64,000 nt of DNA from Amphiscolops sp. MND2022. Taxonomy: Eukaryota. Positions within the stretch are counted from its first letter, which is position 1, and the number at the start of each line of letters is the position of its first letter. The notes under the pieces were generated by a model. It saw only the letters and a list, made by a program, of their open reading frames with translations, was not told where the DNA came from and did not search any database. A program made the translations under genes and the position numbers. Positions 38,891 through 51,547 of this stretch are shown here, one piece after another. The stretch spans positions 20,958,001 to 21,022,000 of the forward strand of contig OZ076409.1 in assembly GCA_964187785.1 (NCBI GenBank). Reading direction: 5' to 3'.

Positions 38891-40085
38891 TACTCACTTT
38901 CGAAATAAACTGTGACTGAAAGTATAGAATGTACGTCTATTTTGCGCAAATCTTAAACAAAATGAAAAAAGGAAATTGAATGAGCCATATTGATTTCACG
39001 CATTTCCGTTAAAACGTTTTTGCCACGTCAAGATAAAAACATTCGCCACCTGAAAACTAAACTGAGACGCGTCTTGAAATAAGGATCATAGACTAATCTA
39101 ATCGAAGACTTATCCAAAATCATCTCTGAGAAAGAACATCAATCAGATCTAAAACAGAAAATACATTGAGATGACACACTGAGAGTATTATGCTTCTTCT
39201 AAAAAAAGGTAGCCTAATTGCGCTTTGAACAGCATTTAACGTAGAATGAGGACGATACTACGTCGTTAAATAAACAAAGACAGCGATACATGCAAATATT
39301 ACTGTACTTGTGATGTCAACATTACGCAACTAGGCAGTCGACTCGTTGAAAGTATTACAAATCGGTCGACAGTATGACGTCACTAAATTGGCATCAGAAT
39401 TTCATTCAAAATTACTCGTCAGCATCTCGTCAAACTTGGCAGCTTGCCTAGCTAGCTAAGAAAACTTGTCAACGCTACGTCGCAAATCCATCAAAGTAGC
39501 TGTTCTAGCCCATCCAGAATAATGAAATCAGTACTATTTTAATGAATTTGTTACAAGGAAAACGCTCAGCCAATGGATAGTTTAGTTAGGGAATTAGCAA
39601 GAAACTTGTAAATCCACGTTAACCTGTCGTTAAATCCACGTTTACCTGTCGTTAACCCAATAGTGAGGCTCAATTTATACGGAATTTTTCCTACACATTA
39701 TGCGAATAGAAGTCACAGTTTATACTTGCAATGTGTAATAAATTTATACCAGTATTGATTGTAACATTTATAAATAACTGACGTCAACCGGACGTGCGAA
39801 GTAAATTGTGCATCATTTTGTAAAACTCAAAATGACGACTGGAGTGATGTTTTTCTAAAGATTTGTACATTATTTTGACATCTGTTATTGTTATTATTGA
39901 ACGAACCAAGTTGCTTTTAGATAATAAAGGTTGATGTTGCTAACTGAAGTTTTTGTTGCGTTTATTTTAAAATTGACGTTGTCATTTCGTTGCCTAAAAT
40001 CTTGTTTGATATAATAAATAGCATTGCGCAAATTGTATTTGGTAATTTCATCAAAACAATTAAATCCCTGTTAAACAATGTACAT

Positions 40086-40489
40086 TTTACTCTTCCTAGC
40101 ATCATCAAAAATAGTCATTCTAAGGATTAGTCATAATTTTCTTGATTTCAAAATTCAAGATCAGGCGTGAGTTGTTCACGTCAGCGTCATCTTCACGTCA
40201 ATTTTTCCTACGAAGCAAAGCAGTAAAACAGCGAAAATTTTCTGGTTTGACAGACTGAAGTAATAACTATTTCCTGCTTGGGAGGAAACAAAAGGACGTT
40301 GGAAAGAAATGATATGATCATGGTTGATGACTTATACTAGATTGAACTTGTCGTGCCTCAAAATTTGACAAAATGTTGACGCAAATTTGGGATCTAGTTG
40401 ATTTTTTCATCAAAATTACAGGTAATGACTAATTGCGCGAGGGAATTTAGGAATTTATACGTGACCAAAGGATGCTAGGAGGGTAGAAA
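40086..40489. mobile_element. Possible degenerate MITE
   Basis: Inverted ends TCCTAGCATC / GATGCTAGGA with partly matching flanks; no clear TSD. Confidence 0.35.
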
Positions 40490-40564
40490 AATGAAGGGCT
40501 TTGATTCCTAAGGGTCTCAGTCTTTTCTCACCTGTGAAAACCAGTTGTACTACAAATTCCTTGT

Positions 40565-40960
40565 TTTTAGTCGGCGCTTTTCGAAGAAAAACGCAGACTA
40601 TAGTAGTGACTTTTTTTAAGACCAACGAACTGACAGATTTTATAAATTTTATAAGTTGGCACTAAACCGGCACTAACTAAACTGTGTCACACTACTTCAC
40701 TGCCACTTGGCCACTACGGCTTTTTCGAGGTCTGACAAGCAGAATGACATGGGTTCGAGTCCCGCCATGACCAAAATTTTTTCAAAAAATCTGTTTTTTT
40801 TTAAAAAAATCGGATTTCAAAAAAATTTCAAAAAAATCGGATTTTTTTTTCATTTTTTCCTCAAACGGGTACTGTAGAAGAGAATACTTGACACTTTGAA
40901 GTACTTTTGTTATTTTTGAGCCTTAGATATGGCGCCGACTTGGGCCGTTCCCGGCTTGTT
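40565..40960 (+). mobile_element. HINE-like element with tRNA-like B box
   Basis: TTAGTCGGCGC start, GGTTCGAGTCC at ~40752, GGCGCCGACTTGGGCCGTTCCCGGCTTGTT end. Confidence 0.75.
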
Positions 40961-41255
40961 CAATATAGTTCTCAACTTCGTTGAAAAATGTATCTTGAAA
41001 GTCAATCGAAAAACTTCAAATTGAATCTTTTCAGACAAAATGTCAACAACAAGATGTCAACAGGAGAGCCCCGAAAGTTTATGGGAAGGTTTAGTTTCAC
41101 CAATACTAGTGGAAAAAGTTTGTCATCTAAATCAGGACGTTAGCATTGCGGGACCTTCAAGACCAAAGAATTGAAAACAGCTTCTAAGAAAGTTTGGGAG
41201 CTTCTTTGAAAGAGGAAATAACTTCCGAAATCAAGAGCCTTCTTGTAGAATCCGA

Positions 41256-41262
41256 GGGAGAA

Positions 41263-41299
<37 letters not shown>

Positions 41300-41309
41300 A
41301 AGAGAGAGA
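41256..41309. repeat. (GA)n microsatellite
   Basis: Interrupted GA run; gives the ERERER / SLSLSL ORF segments. Confidence 0.9.
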
Positions 41310-42915
41310 TGTTGAAGCTACTAAAACATTAAACAGGGGAAATGTCAGAAAAAATATCGAAGAAGAAACGGAAAACGAAACTAGGAACTTATACACTCCT
41401 GCTAAATCTGTTAGGATAAATGCAACCCAAAATGTCTGGATAAATGACGCCCCGAGCACGAATCGTAACCGAATCTCTCCTTTGTTTCCTTTTACTGGAT
41501 TTCTCAGGCATTCAGACTAAGAAAAAATGATGTGAGCGAGGCAATAACAAAATTAACGTTTCACTCCTCTTCTCTGGATCTTTCACTAGATCCTTGTAAT
41601 TAGCTCAAAATTTCTTTGCGAAAACAGATAGACAGGATTATTAAAAGTAGAATCAAAGCAACAAAGATTATGCAAACTGAATTAAGTTAACAAAATTATC
41701 AGATTTTATCTGGAACATTTCCACGCAAATTAGTGATTGAGGTCGGTACAAAATAACAGTACTATGTGACGGCAAAACAAAAATATGCCTTCGCTAAAAC
41801 GCTGCATGAACTCACACCTAGTTCAGCTCGATGTGCTTCCGATGCGAGGAATTTCAAATAAGGTACGCTTCCTCGCGATTCGGTTTTCCGATTCATCTGA
41901 CTTTAAAGTAAAAATGGGAATCAACTTCCTACCGAAGCCCAGTTTGGCGTCCAATCTTCGTCGTTCCCCGCCAATTCGTGACGCCGAAGCTGAAGTTGGA
42001 AAAGAAAGTCTGTGAACCTAGCTACTAACGCGGGAAAAATGAATAATCCATCGTCGAATATGTATTTATGAACTCCCCAGTGATAATTATCTTATTTATT
42101 GAGCATTTCTTATGCATATTTAATTTTATAACCGGTGTTTGTCGGGTGTTTCACATCAGGTTTTTCATGCCGTCTTCTTGGTCTACCTCAGGTTAGTTTC
42201 TCTGGTTCTTTCCTCAGGCGTTCTCGTATTATCGTGGTTCTCGCAGCTCTGCGGGTGCTGCGACAGTACGTTTTCAACTGTGTTAAAAAAACTGAGCGAG
42301 ATCAAGGGCTCCTCACAATAACCTTCCGTTGAATTTTTTCTGACAGTGTGGGATTTTTTGCCGAAAAAAAGTTTTCGAATTCAAAATTACGAAAATAAAA
42401 TTGCACAAGAACATAGTTTTTGACGTTATATTCGCTTGCTTTTACATTTTGCCGGGAAGATTATGGGGTTTAACTCCAATGTGGACCTTTGCGTATTTTT
42501 TCAAAATTTAATTTTAACATTACTGTTTTCACTTATAGCACTTATAACAAAAATACCCTATGTCCGAATTCTTGACGCTTTTTCCGAATTGTATTCAATT
42601 TTGCGAGGATTAGGACCAAGGAAAAAATTGGAAACTCTATATGCAGGAAATAGTTTTCAGATTTGTAGAGATTTTTTAGTTTTTAAAACTTTCCATCAAA
42701 CGATCAAGCTGTAAGGTGTCTGATTTTTCCTAGTGTCGTCTTAGCAGATTATACAAATAAATATTGCAGTGCCATTGCGCTCCTTGTAATTACCCTTCAT
42801 TCGAGGCCTATTCCATCAAAACTGACTGAGTTGAAGAAATTTCGTAAAACTCTGAACAATCTCTGAAATGGAAGGCAAACTTTTTATATTTTCCACAGTG
42901 TAAATACATGCCAAC

Positions 42916-43164
42916 CTGTCGTTCAACGTAATGACAGTTCTAGCAATGCCGTCGCTCTTCTGTCTCTTTCTCTCCAATTCGTTGAACTTCTCCTTCAGTC
43001 GCTCGTCCCCCATTTCGTGGAAGAGGGATTGTCTGAAGTAGGTCTTGCCTGCACCCTTCATTCCTGTCAGCATCACTCTCACCTGTCTGGAGCTACTGTC
43101 TAACAGCAGGGACTCCATAGTGCTCGCTATCTTGTGCAGACGACCCTCGTGTTCTCGAGAAGAC
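42916..43164 (-). CDS. GTPase-like gene, P-loop exon (donor site uncertain)
   Basis: gttcag acceptor; VRVMLTGMKGAGKT is a beta-strand followed by Walker A/G1. The donor after 42916 gives phase 2, a donor ~8 nt further gives phase 1; an intervening exon near 36590-36662 is possible. Confidence 0.75.
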
Positions 43165-44184
43165 CTGAACAATCACGCCCTTTCTTATCACATTTTCTAA
43201 CTGCTACATTAGAGTGCACTGCACGTACGTAAACATTGTTATCGAAGGATTTTAGTAAAAAATGATCTTCATAATACACCTTGTTTTATACCTTGTTTAG
43301 GCAAAAATGGAAGTTAAAATCTGCACTATTAGATATTAAGAAATTGAGTCTGCTGAACCAACGAAACTCAGAAGACTTTTAACTTTTTCTGTCAGTCAGT
43401 GAAAATCGAGCTCTCTTCAAGTCATCAGATCTTTGACTAAGGATAATTACAACCTTCACAAATTGCCTACTAGATGAATGAAAAAGGAAAGCATGAAGAA
43501 TTGAATTGACGTTCAGAACCCAACTTGGCAGGTGCTTTGAACTTTTGCAGATCAGCAAATCAGCAAAGTCTTTTTGGTGAAAACAAATCTAAGCGTCTTT
43601 GAAAACTAAAAATTCCTGTTCTTTCGATAGTCACTTCGGGAGCTTGACAGAAGTCAAATGCAATTTTCTCTCGTAACAGACTACCCTAGTTGAAAGTGTT
43701 CGAAACGTTTACATGCTTTAATAGGTTGCAAGGTAACTTTACTAGGCTTTTGGAAGCTGCTTTGTGAACTTTTCATGCTCAACATTTTCATGCTGCGTTT
43801 CAGGTATTTATAAGGATTTCTATACAATTTGGAGGGTTTTCACTGCAGCACCAAAGAAATTATCCAATGTGAAATTATATGAGAAGGTTGACAAGAATTT
43901 TGCATTTTCTTGAGAACCTCGTTAGGAATCTTGGCAAGATTCTCATCAAGAGGGTTAAAAATATGTGCGACTTTGCAAGATCTTGCCGAGAGTTGAAAGA
44001 ACAAAGCTAATGAATGTGAACGAAAATCAACGAAAAATGTCGCCAGCTGCGGCTTGATGATCGTATTCATTATGATGGCGAAGAGGTTCACGCTACCAAG
44101 CAAGCTATCACATTTTGAAATTCAATTTTCCAAAACTTCGCATATATTCAAACTTGCAACATGTCGTTTTGCAACGACGTTATT

Positions 44185-44260
44185 TTTCGAAGTGCAGCGA
44201 TAGTTCGTTAGGCTTTTTAACATGTTAAAATACCCAGCGAAATATCGCTGCACTTCGAAA
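44185..44260. repeat. 76-bp foldback abutting a HINE-like element
   Basis: TTTCGAAGTGCAGCGATA ... TTTTAACATGTTAAAA ... TATCGCTGCACTTCGAAA. Confidence 0.85.
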
Positions 44261-44762
44261 CAAGCTGGGACCGGCCCAAGTCGGCGCCATATCTAAAAAA
44301 TCTTTCTATCTATCAAAAATATCTATCAAAAATAGCAAAAGGACTTCAAAATGTCTAAGTATTGGTGAATTTGGAACCTATGAAATTTTTTTTAAAAAAG
44401 TCTCACAATGCCGAAAAAAACTGAAAGGGAGGACCCTTTGGGATTTTTCAACATCCATTCTGTTGCAAAACTACAAAAAAAATGAAGGGGGGACCTTTTG
44501 GTGGAAAAAAATATTTGAAAAAAAGTCGCACAGTACCGAAAAAAATCTAGAGGGGACCCTTTGGTCTCGTCCGGTATTGTATGTTACGCGGGAAACCTTT
44601 TTGGTTCAATTCCTTGGGCCAACAGGTACAATTTGGCGTCTTCTCAAACTTTTTTAGAACTTTTGGTAGAACTATTTTGGTCACTTCAGGTGGTCTTAAA
44701 AAAACACTGACGAAAAGCCATGACTGTAGTCGACTCTTTTCAGGAAAAGCGCCGACTAAAAA
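44258..44762 (-). mobile_element. HINE-like element (reverse orientation)
   Basis: AACAAGCTGGGACCGGCCCAAGTCGGCGCC at left, GCGCCGACTAAA at right, internal GGGACCCTTT repeats. Confidence 0.75.
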
Positions 44763-44912
44763 CAGGGTACTTTCTGCTGGAAGTGTCAAAATATCTGTAG
44801 ACAATCATCTAAGTATTAGTAACGATATAATATTCCTTTATCTGTAAAATATGTTTTTTTCAAGAGCAAAGTATGTGCTTCGGTGTTGTGGAGGAACAGG
44901 AAAAAGGTGTAC

Positions 44913-44932
44913 CTTGGAGGAATAAGAAACAT
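44913..44932 (-). CDS. Putative first coding exon of the GTPase-like gene (MFLIPP)
   Basis: acc-ATG...AAG|gtacac; its phase-2 end matches the phase-2 start of the P-loop exon. Confidence 0.45.
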
Positions 44933-45772
44933 GGTCCGAAGTGGATATAATTTTCAGAAGTGCGGCCGGAAAAATAAGTGAAACAACATCAGAGAAACTA
45001 GAGAGTTCACAAGAATCACCAACTTTGTGAAGGCTTTCAAAAAAATCATGCAAAAGTTCGAAAAAACGCTGGTTTATCTCACATATAAACTACTGCTGAC
45101 GAACTATTCTCTACTGCAATATTGCTTCTAAAAACTGAGAAATTTGTTCTAGTATTCAAATTTGTTTGTTCCTTGATGAAGTTTTTTTATATTTAATTTT
45201 TAAGATTATTATTTGAACAAATAGTACTATTGAATTTCAACGTTGAACCAAATTTGAACCAAATAGCTAGAATAAGAGGCATTTTGCTTCAGCAACGAAG
45301 AAACGCCGACGCAAAATCCAATTACTCAGAAGCGTGGGAAATTCACAAGTAACGTGGTAAATTAAAATAATGATTTAGATTAATCGAAGATTTGGATGGA
45401 AATTATTCTGGCAAATTCAGAAAGCAATCGATTTTACTTCATATTGGCAATCGAATTCCCTCTGGAAACTGAAGAATTTTGAATAACAAACTACATTAAA
45501 TTGGAAGTACATCATCAATTAAATAGGCTATTATATGATACAGAGCAACTTAACGTTTACCTCGATATACTTTAAATTACTGGGTATTATAATTACTTTT
45601 GTTACATTTTAGCCATCTTGAAAACTAGTTCGATTTTTACCATATCGCAAATATGGTACTTCGGAGCATCTGCATCGTATAAAAAATAACAATAATTTCA
45701 ATACCGGCTTTTCCTAAATTTTCAGTCAGGAAAACTTGTAGCAAAAGTGATCAATAAAGATGTTCTAATTAC

Positions 45773-46486
45773 TGTAACGGCAACTGCCCATGTCAAAATT
45801 TTCGAAGCAAAAATTCGTTCAAATCTGACGTGGCACTCAAACATGCTCCAGACGAAAGACCTGTCAGAAAAGCATATCAGAAATCAGAAATCGCCCCCCG
45901 CGAGAGACGACGAGAAGAGAAGACGTAGAAATCAGTCCCTAGAACACGGTGATGTGCCCATCTTTGGCGTTTACACTACATAGGTAGCAGAAACCTGTGT
46001 TCCAGATGCTCGCCTGAAGATCCTGCGGTGTCCTGTGCGGTGACGAGCGCTAGCGCTGGGAAGCCATGGTCGATTCGTTCCTGTTAGATAACTCAAACTT
46101 CTGATGTTGTTATGCTTATTGTGCTTTCCTTGTTGTAGTAGATTGATTTGCTCGAGAGCTGCCCATTTAACATCTGTAGTTACCCCTTTTGATGTCGATT
46201 TTATCAGATTCTCCAATACTATGGCTCAACATCCTCCTGTTTTCAGCCCCCTTTTTAAAGGCTAATTGAGCAGTGGTCTTGAGACATGCAAGATGCCCGT
46301 TACTTTTAGCAGTTACAGACTAGGACCAGGCCAGAGAGTTTCCAACAAGACGGTTCCCCACCTTGGGACTGGCTCCTTCGGAGGGAAAATGAGCTAGGGC
46401 CGCGGAGATCTAAGTCCCGGATTATATTCGCTGTTCTAGTTCCTCCACTCTACGTTGCGGTTCAAGCGCCAGCGCTTATCGTTACA
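45773..46486 (+). repeat. Gypsy 5' LTR (~714 bp)
   Basis: Terminal inverted repeat TGTAACG...CGTTACA. The right end is inferred because the 3' LTR is truncated. Confidence 0.75.
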
Positions 46487-46501
46487 TAGAACCTCATTTT
46501 T

Positions 46502-46519
46502 TGGCGACCACAGAGGGAT
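46502..46519 (+). promoter_or_regulatory. Primer-binding site, tRNA-Arg-like
   Basis: TGGCGACCACAGAGGGAT resembles the complement of the tRNA-Arg(UCG) 3' end (TGGCGACCACGAAGGGA). Confidence 0.65.
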
Positions 46520-47700
46520 CGTCTTGGGAAGCTTTCCCTAGCGGTTTTTAAAAGATCTGGCCCCCTGGTGATCAGCGCCAAGCCCGTTTCGACTCTGGAA
46601 GAGGAGAGAGAAGCAGAGTTTTACCTTTTTTAGTCGTGTGACATTCTACTGGAACTGGGAGAGGCGTTGAACCAGAGAAAACCCGAAAAAATCACGTTTT
46701 CAGGTGCGAAAATGGTATTTTTAGGTGTTTTGGAAGGAAATCGGTATTTTTGGGTGATGTGTTGTGTGCCCATCAGCGGGTATCTTTTTGCAGGTGCCGA
46801 AGACCGTAGCACGTGGCTACGGGTGTTTAACAGGTTTTGCAAGCTATTTTCAGCCATTTTATGCCATGCAAGAAGGTAACTGGTGGATGGCTGACCATGA
46901 ACCAGCGAGGCGAAGGGGAAGTCAAATTGTGTGTTGCCTACTTTCTACTCCCATTTCTCGTGGAGACGTCCTAGAGGTATGGTTTTTGGTGGACAGCAAG
47001 TGCAATTGCAGACGATGCTAATGGTCTAAACCGCGTGTCTCTATCTGGTCTGGATGTGGAGAAAAAGCGTGGTGAAGGTGCACCCCCTGTGACCGGACGC
47101 GTCGCTCAAATGGCTCATGGTCGGTGAAAATTTTGAAAATGCACCTTTTTCGACGGGGAATCGTTGGTGCAGGTCAGTAATGTTTTATTGTAGATGTAAC
47201 GACACCCAACGAAGTGCTTTTCTGCAAAAAAGATAGCACTTGCGTGAAAAAACCCTGATTTTGCGTTTTTTTTTGGTGTTTTTCGTGGTTTTGAGCACTT
47301 GTGCTCAGCGGAACCAGGAAAACTTCGTGAAAAGTGTTGCAAAAAGCAGCTGCAAGGCTCGAGAAAGCTAGTACGAGGCACAGAAGGCCGTAATTTTGCC
47401 TTTGGTTGTGATAAAAGTGCCGATCTAGCACCAGAAAATTGCAAAAAAGTGGAATTTTGACCAAAAAGGTACCCAGAAACACAGGCGTACACTTGTGTAG
47501 AAGTGTGAAAAAGCAGTGTACGGTGTTTTGTCGAGCGTAGTAAACCCACAGGACACTAACTGTAACTTTTACAGCGGATTCAGGCAGCCTGGGGCTGACA
47601 CGGTGCAAAAAACCGGTAATTTGAGGTGTTTTTAATCATCGAAAGTGCATAGTCTGAAAGTCTTGAGAGTGAAGCTTAGTGGAACAGAGCAAGTCTGAAC

Positions 47701-47974
47701 GCTCTTATTTTCTGTTTTCGCAATAAAAATAGCGCATTGTGGTGAAAACCGCGTGCAAAAACTCCTTTTCAGTGTCGAGAAAAGTTGAAAAACCTTGAAT
47801 TTTAGTTAGTTTCAGGAGTGTCCTAGCACACAATTAAAACCCCCTGGGCACTCTGTCTTTTTGTTAGTCAGGAGCTTTCGTGCTCTCATTTTCTGTTTCT
47901 ATAGTAAAAATAACGCATTGTAGTGAAAACCGCGTGCAAAAATTTCTTTTCGGTGCTGAGAAAAGTGGAAAAAC
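47701..47974 (+). repeat. Two ~93-bp direct repeats in the Gypsy leader
   Basis: GCTCT(T/C)ATTTTCTGTTT...CGCATTGT(G/A)GTGAAAACCGCGTGCAAAAA...GAGAAAAGT at 47701 and 47882. Confidence 0.85.
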
Positions 47975-49194
47975 GCACTGAATTTGATCAATTTTCCACA
48001 AAATCGGACTGTCTCTGAGCTAGGGTCGGGTCATCGATTCCTGAACCCTAGCCAAGAAGTGGTTGAATTTTCGTAACCACCACAATAATTAACGTTAGTG
48101 CCGAAAATTTGGTGGGCGTATCGCTCACCAAGGTCGAGAAAAACTCTCTGACGTTTTGACTGCAAAGAAGCGGCAAAGGACCGAAAAAATCCAAAACTGC
48201 AGGACTGTCGGTGCCTTATATCCAACGGGCACAACAAATTGAGGGTTTATCCCAGTGTTACGGGTAGTGGGGCAACACGTAGGTCCAACTTTGCCTGCCG
48301 TATCACTTTCAGAGGTGATCCTCTTGGCCAATATGTGAAAAAAGTCGTCAAAAACAGTGTTTTTTCGTGTACAACGTACATAGTGGGCCGGAACTTCAAA
48401 TAAGCGCTTGCGCTTCAATTCGACCATATCAGCGGCATTGTAGGTGCCCTTTGGCATAAACTATCAAGTTTGGTGCCGATCTGTGCGATACTTGTCGAGG
48501 AAATAGGAAAAACGCGGCGCCCAAAAAAGTGCGCAAAAAGGCAGTTTTTTCTTAATTTTTCCAAGTAACCCGGGTACCTTAGCCGACGGGTGGGGCTATA
48601 TTGCAGCCCACCATCGTAACTTGTGCTAGTTCCTACGTTGCTGCAGAGAATTTGAGCTTGCTAGCTTTTTCCAGTGGACCGCAATCTTGAAAAAGACGTG
48701 ACAAACAGTGTATTTCGGTACATAGTGGTACCGCACGTCTGTACCTAGGTGAAACTGTGTAGAAGGGGCGCAGCTCAAAACTGTGTTCATTTTCGTGAAC
48801 CTACGCGAACCTAAGATCTGCTGGTCAATTTTGGGCTTGATACAGCGCTTCCAGCGCACACACGAGCCTCTTGAGTGTTGTTGTGCGATTTGTGGAAAAT
48901 CCAAAATTTCTTTGAAATTCTTCCTGTGAGTGACCGGAGACTTTTGGCCCCAAACCAGGTTGATTTACTGACCCAGTGTGCTTGTGGGAAAGCGCTGTGC
49001 GAATTTGAGCAGCCTACGAGCCTTAAAACGCATTTCGAGAAATTTGGGACGTTGTGAAACAGTCAAATTTTTTAAGTCCACACCGAGACGAGCCTAGAGC
49101 TAACAGCGACTCGACAACTCCCGCGTTCTTCGAGATTTCTTTAAAGGCTACGCCCGAATCGTTGACACCTGCTCTGCCATTGGCATCGTATGTA

Positions 49195-51547
49195 ATGGTC
49201 CTACCAGGCCTGGAAAAGCTTGACATGAGTTCGCAGTCATGGGTGACCATAGGATCCACAATGGACGGTTCGCATTTTTCAGACGAAATGTCTGACGAAG
49301 TCACTATCGAGCAACAACGCAAAGAGGAATTGGCCGCCATGGTCCCTCCCTCTGAGGGTTCCGTTGCATCTGGAAGCTCTCGTCGAACCGAGCAATGGGT
49401 CGAAGAAACCTGTCGTGAAAGAACCAATGAAGCAGAAGAGGAGTGGCCCAACTCGAACATGACCAACGAACTTGCAGCTGAGGAAGGGTGCTCTCGCGCA
49501 CCCCTAGGAGAGAAGACGAGCTCCCGCCTACAGATCACGGTGGACGAGGATCTTACGTACACGGGGAACACGAGTTGTGCGAGACCGCAAGGGTCTGGGT
49601 TCACTCGAGGTAACACTAGAGTTTGTGCCTATGGCAAACACAAGAGAGTGCGACCACCCATGATAAATGTAGGTGAACGTCAATTTGAGGTGCCTCGTAC
49701 GAGGAGCGTGGCAGGTTCAGTGGCATCGTCCCAACGATCTTCGGTGTATAAAGCCGCAATATTGGAAGCCCAAGCTGAGACCCAACGTGCCTTAGCTGAA
49801 CTGGCTAGCACTCGTGCTGGGTGCAATGACCAACATCGTGCCATCGCTGAAAATATGAGAACGTTGCAGACAACGATGCAAGAAGGATTGCAGGTCAGTG
49901 ATCAACTGCGAACCGCGCAGAATACGCAGAGTGCTCGCGTAGATGCACTAGGCCACAGAATGGGTGAGATGAATGACCTTTTGATGGCCCGTGAACTTCG
50001 TGTGGAAACCCAGATCAATGATTTGAGTAACCAAATGCACACTGTGCTCAATGCTATCAACATCATGAGGCGCGAGAGGTCCCTCCCACGACAATCTGGT
50101 GCCACTGAAGGTGTGCCAGTCGCGGATTCAATTAAAATTCCGGAGTCATCGCACCTGGGTCGGGCAACGAAACCCGAGCTGGCGAGTGCATTGAAGCCTA
50201 GCACCTCCAAGTCGACGACGCCTGAAACCCGAACCAAGGATCCCGTACTCATCATGGCTGATGTGGAGCGTAAACCTGCACGGGTGCAGGTAAGAGGGCC
50301 CCACGACTCCTCGTCGATGAGTCAAATAACCTCCTCCGTAGTTCGAAGTGCCACCCGAGACCAAGGTGTGGACCCAATGTCACCTATCTATCTAGATACT
50401 TCTACCGAAGTTGACTTATCCTGTACCAAGGCCACACTAGGGTCCCAGACTGATGGAGCTGCGTATGCGACGGCCCCTACCATGGCTTCTGGAACGAACT
50501 CCCTGTATCTGACCGCCGACTGGACAGCCGAGGACGGAATGCCCTCGGGCGCTCCTTGTGCGAGTAGCACTCGCAAGAAAGAAGACATAGCGAACCTCTC
50601 AGTACGAGCCACGCATGGCAGTGACGACGGTACTGATGAAGTGGCACCCAAGGAAGGAGAGGCTGAAGTCATCTCTCCCGAGCAATTGAGGTTCACTGCC
50701 GCCATTTCCAAAGCGATGTCCAAAGAACTAGCACCGTTGCTTGCGGGACGTGACCTGGCTCAAACCAAACCCAGCGTGTATCGAGGCTCTAAGGACGGGT
50801 CTATTGATGGCTGGATCTTAGTGATGCAGCAATACTTGAAAAGAGCCCAAACCAAAGTCTCGGCCGAAGATCGGGCCTGGAGCATTATTGGTCATCTCGA
50901 GGGTGAGGCTCGCAACTACATCATCAACAAGGCTGAGTCTGAACGTGACACCCCCGAAAAGGTGTTCGAGTTGCTATCTAGCCGATTTGGCGCGGGAGGA
51001 AATCGTATGCAGGTGCGGCAGACCTTCCAAAGCCGCGTCCAACAAGAAAAAGAGGACTGGATGCAGTACTTAGACGCTTTAGAGGGTCTCAGGAGCCAAG
51101 GTTTCCCGCAAGAAAGTATCATTACCAAACGCAATGAAATCGTGCAGCGCTTCATGGAAGCTTCATTGAAGGTGTGCGAGATCCAGTGTTGAGGCGTGAA
51201 CTTGCCATAGTATACGCCTCGGAGACTTTTCTTACCGAACCCCCTACCGTAGAGTCCTTGCGATTTACCACACGTCAGCTGCAACGAAATCGTCTCAGAC
51301 CCACCCAACCTCAACAACCCTATGATCCCAGATTAGCCATGAGGTCTAGACCTCATCCTTTCGCACCACTGCCGCCGAACAAGATGATTATGCCGCAGGG
51401 CGACTTGCCACCTCCGGCGCCCCCCAAAATGTCCCAGCTCCCGCTGTCCCAGCTCCCGCCCGAGCGCCGGTAGGTGCTTGTTTTCACTGTGGGCAAAACG
51501 GACATTTTGCTCGCGAGTGCCCCAATCGTGACCAAGCCCGAAAACCA
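49195..51547 (+). CDS. gag: Gypsy Gag: long disordered/coiled-coil N-terminus, capsid, CCHC knuckle; two frame disruptions
   Basis: Capsid-like PSVYRG...IDGW...HLEGEAR...LSSRFG...FQSRVQ. An 11-bp duplication at 51149-51170 and a -1 shift at ~51425. CFHCGQNGHFAREC (51479-51520) is in the Pol frame. Start codon uncertain. Confidence 0.85.

Noticed and set aside
39609..39656. 22-bp tandem duplication (also a 19-bp one at ~4193-4233)
   Set aside because: Ordinary local slippage with no functional context.
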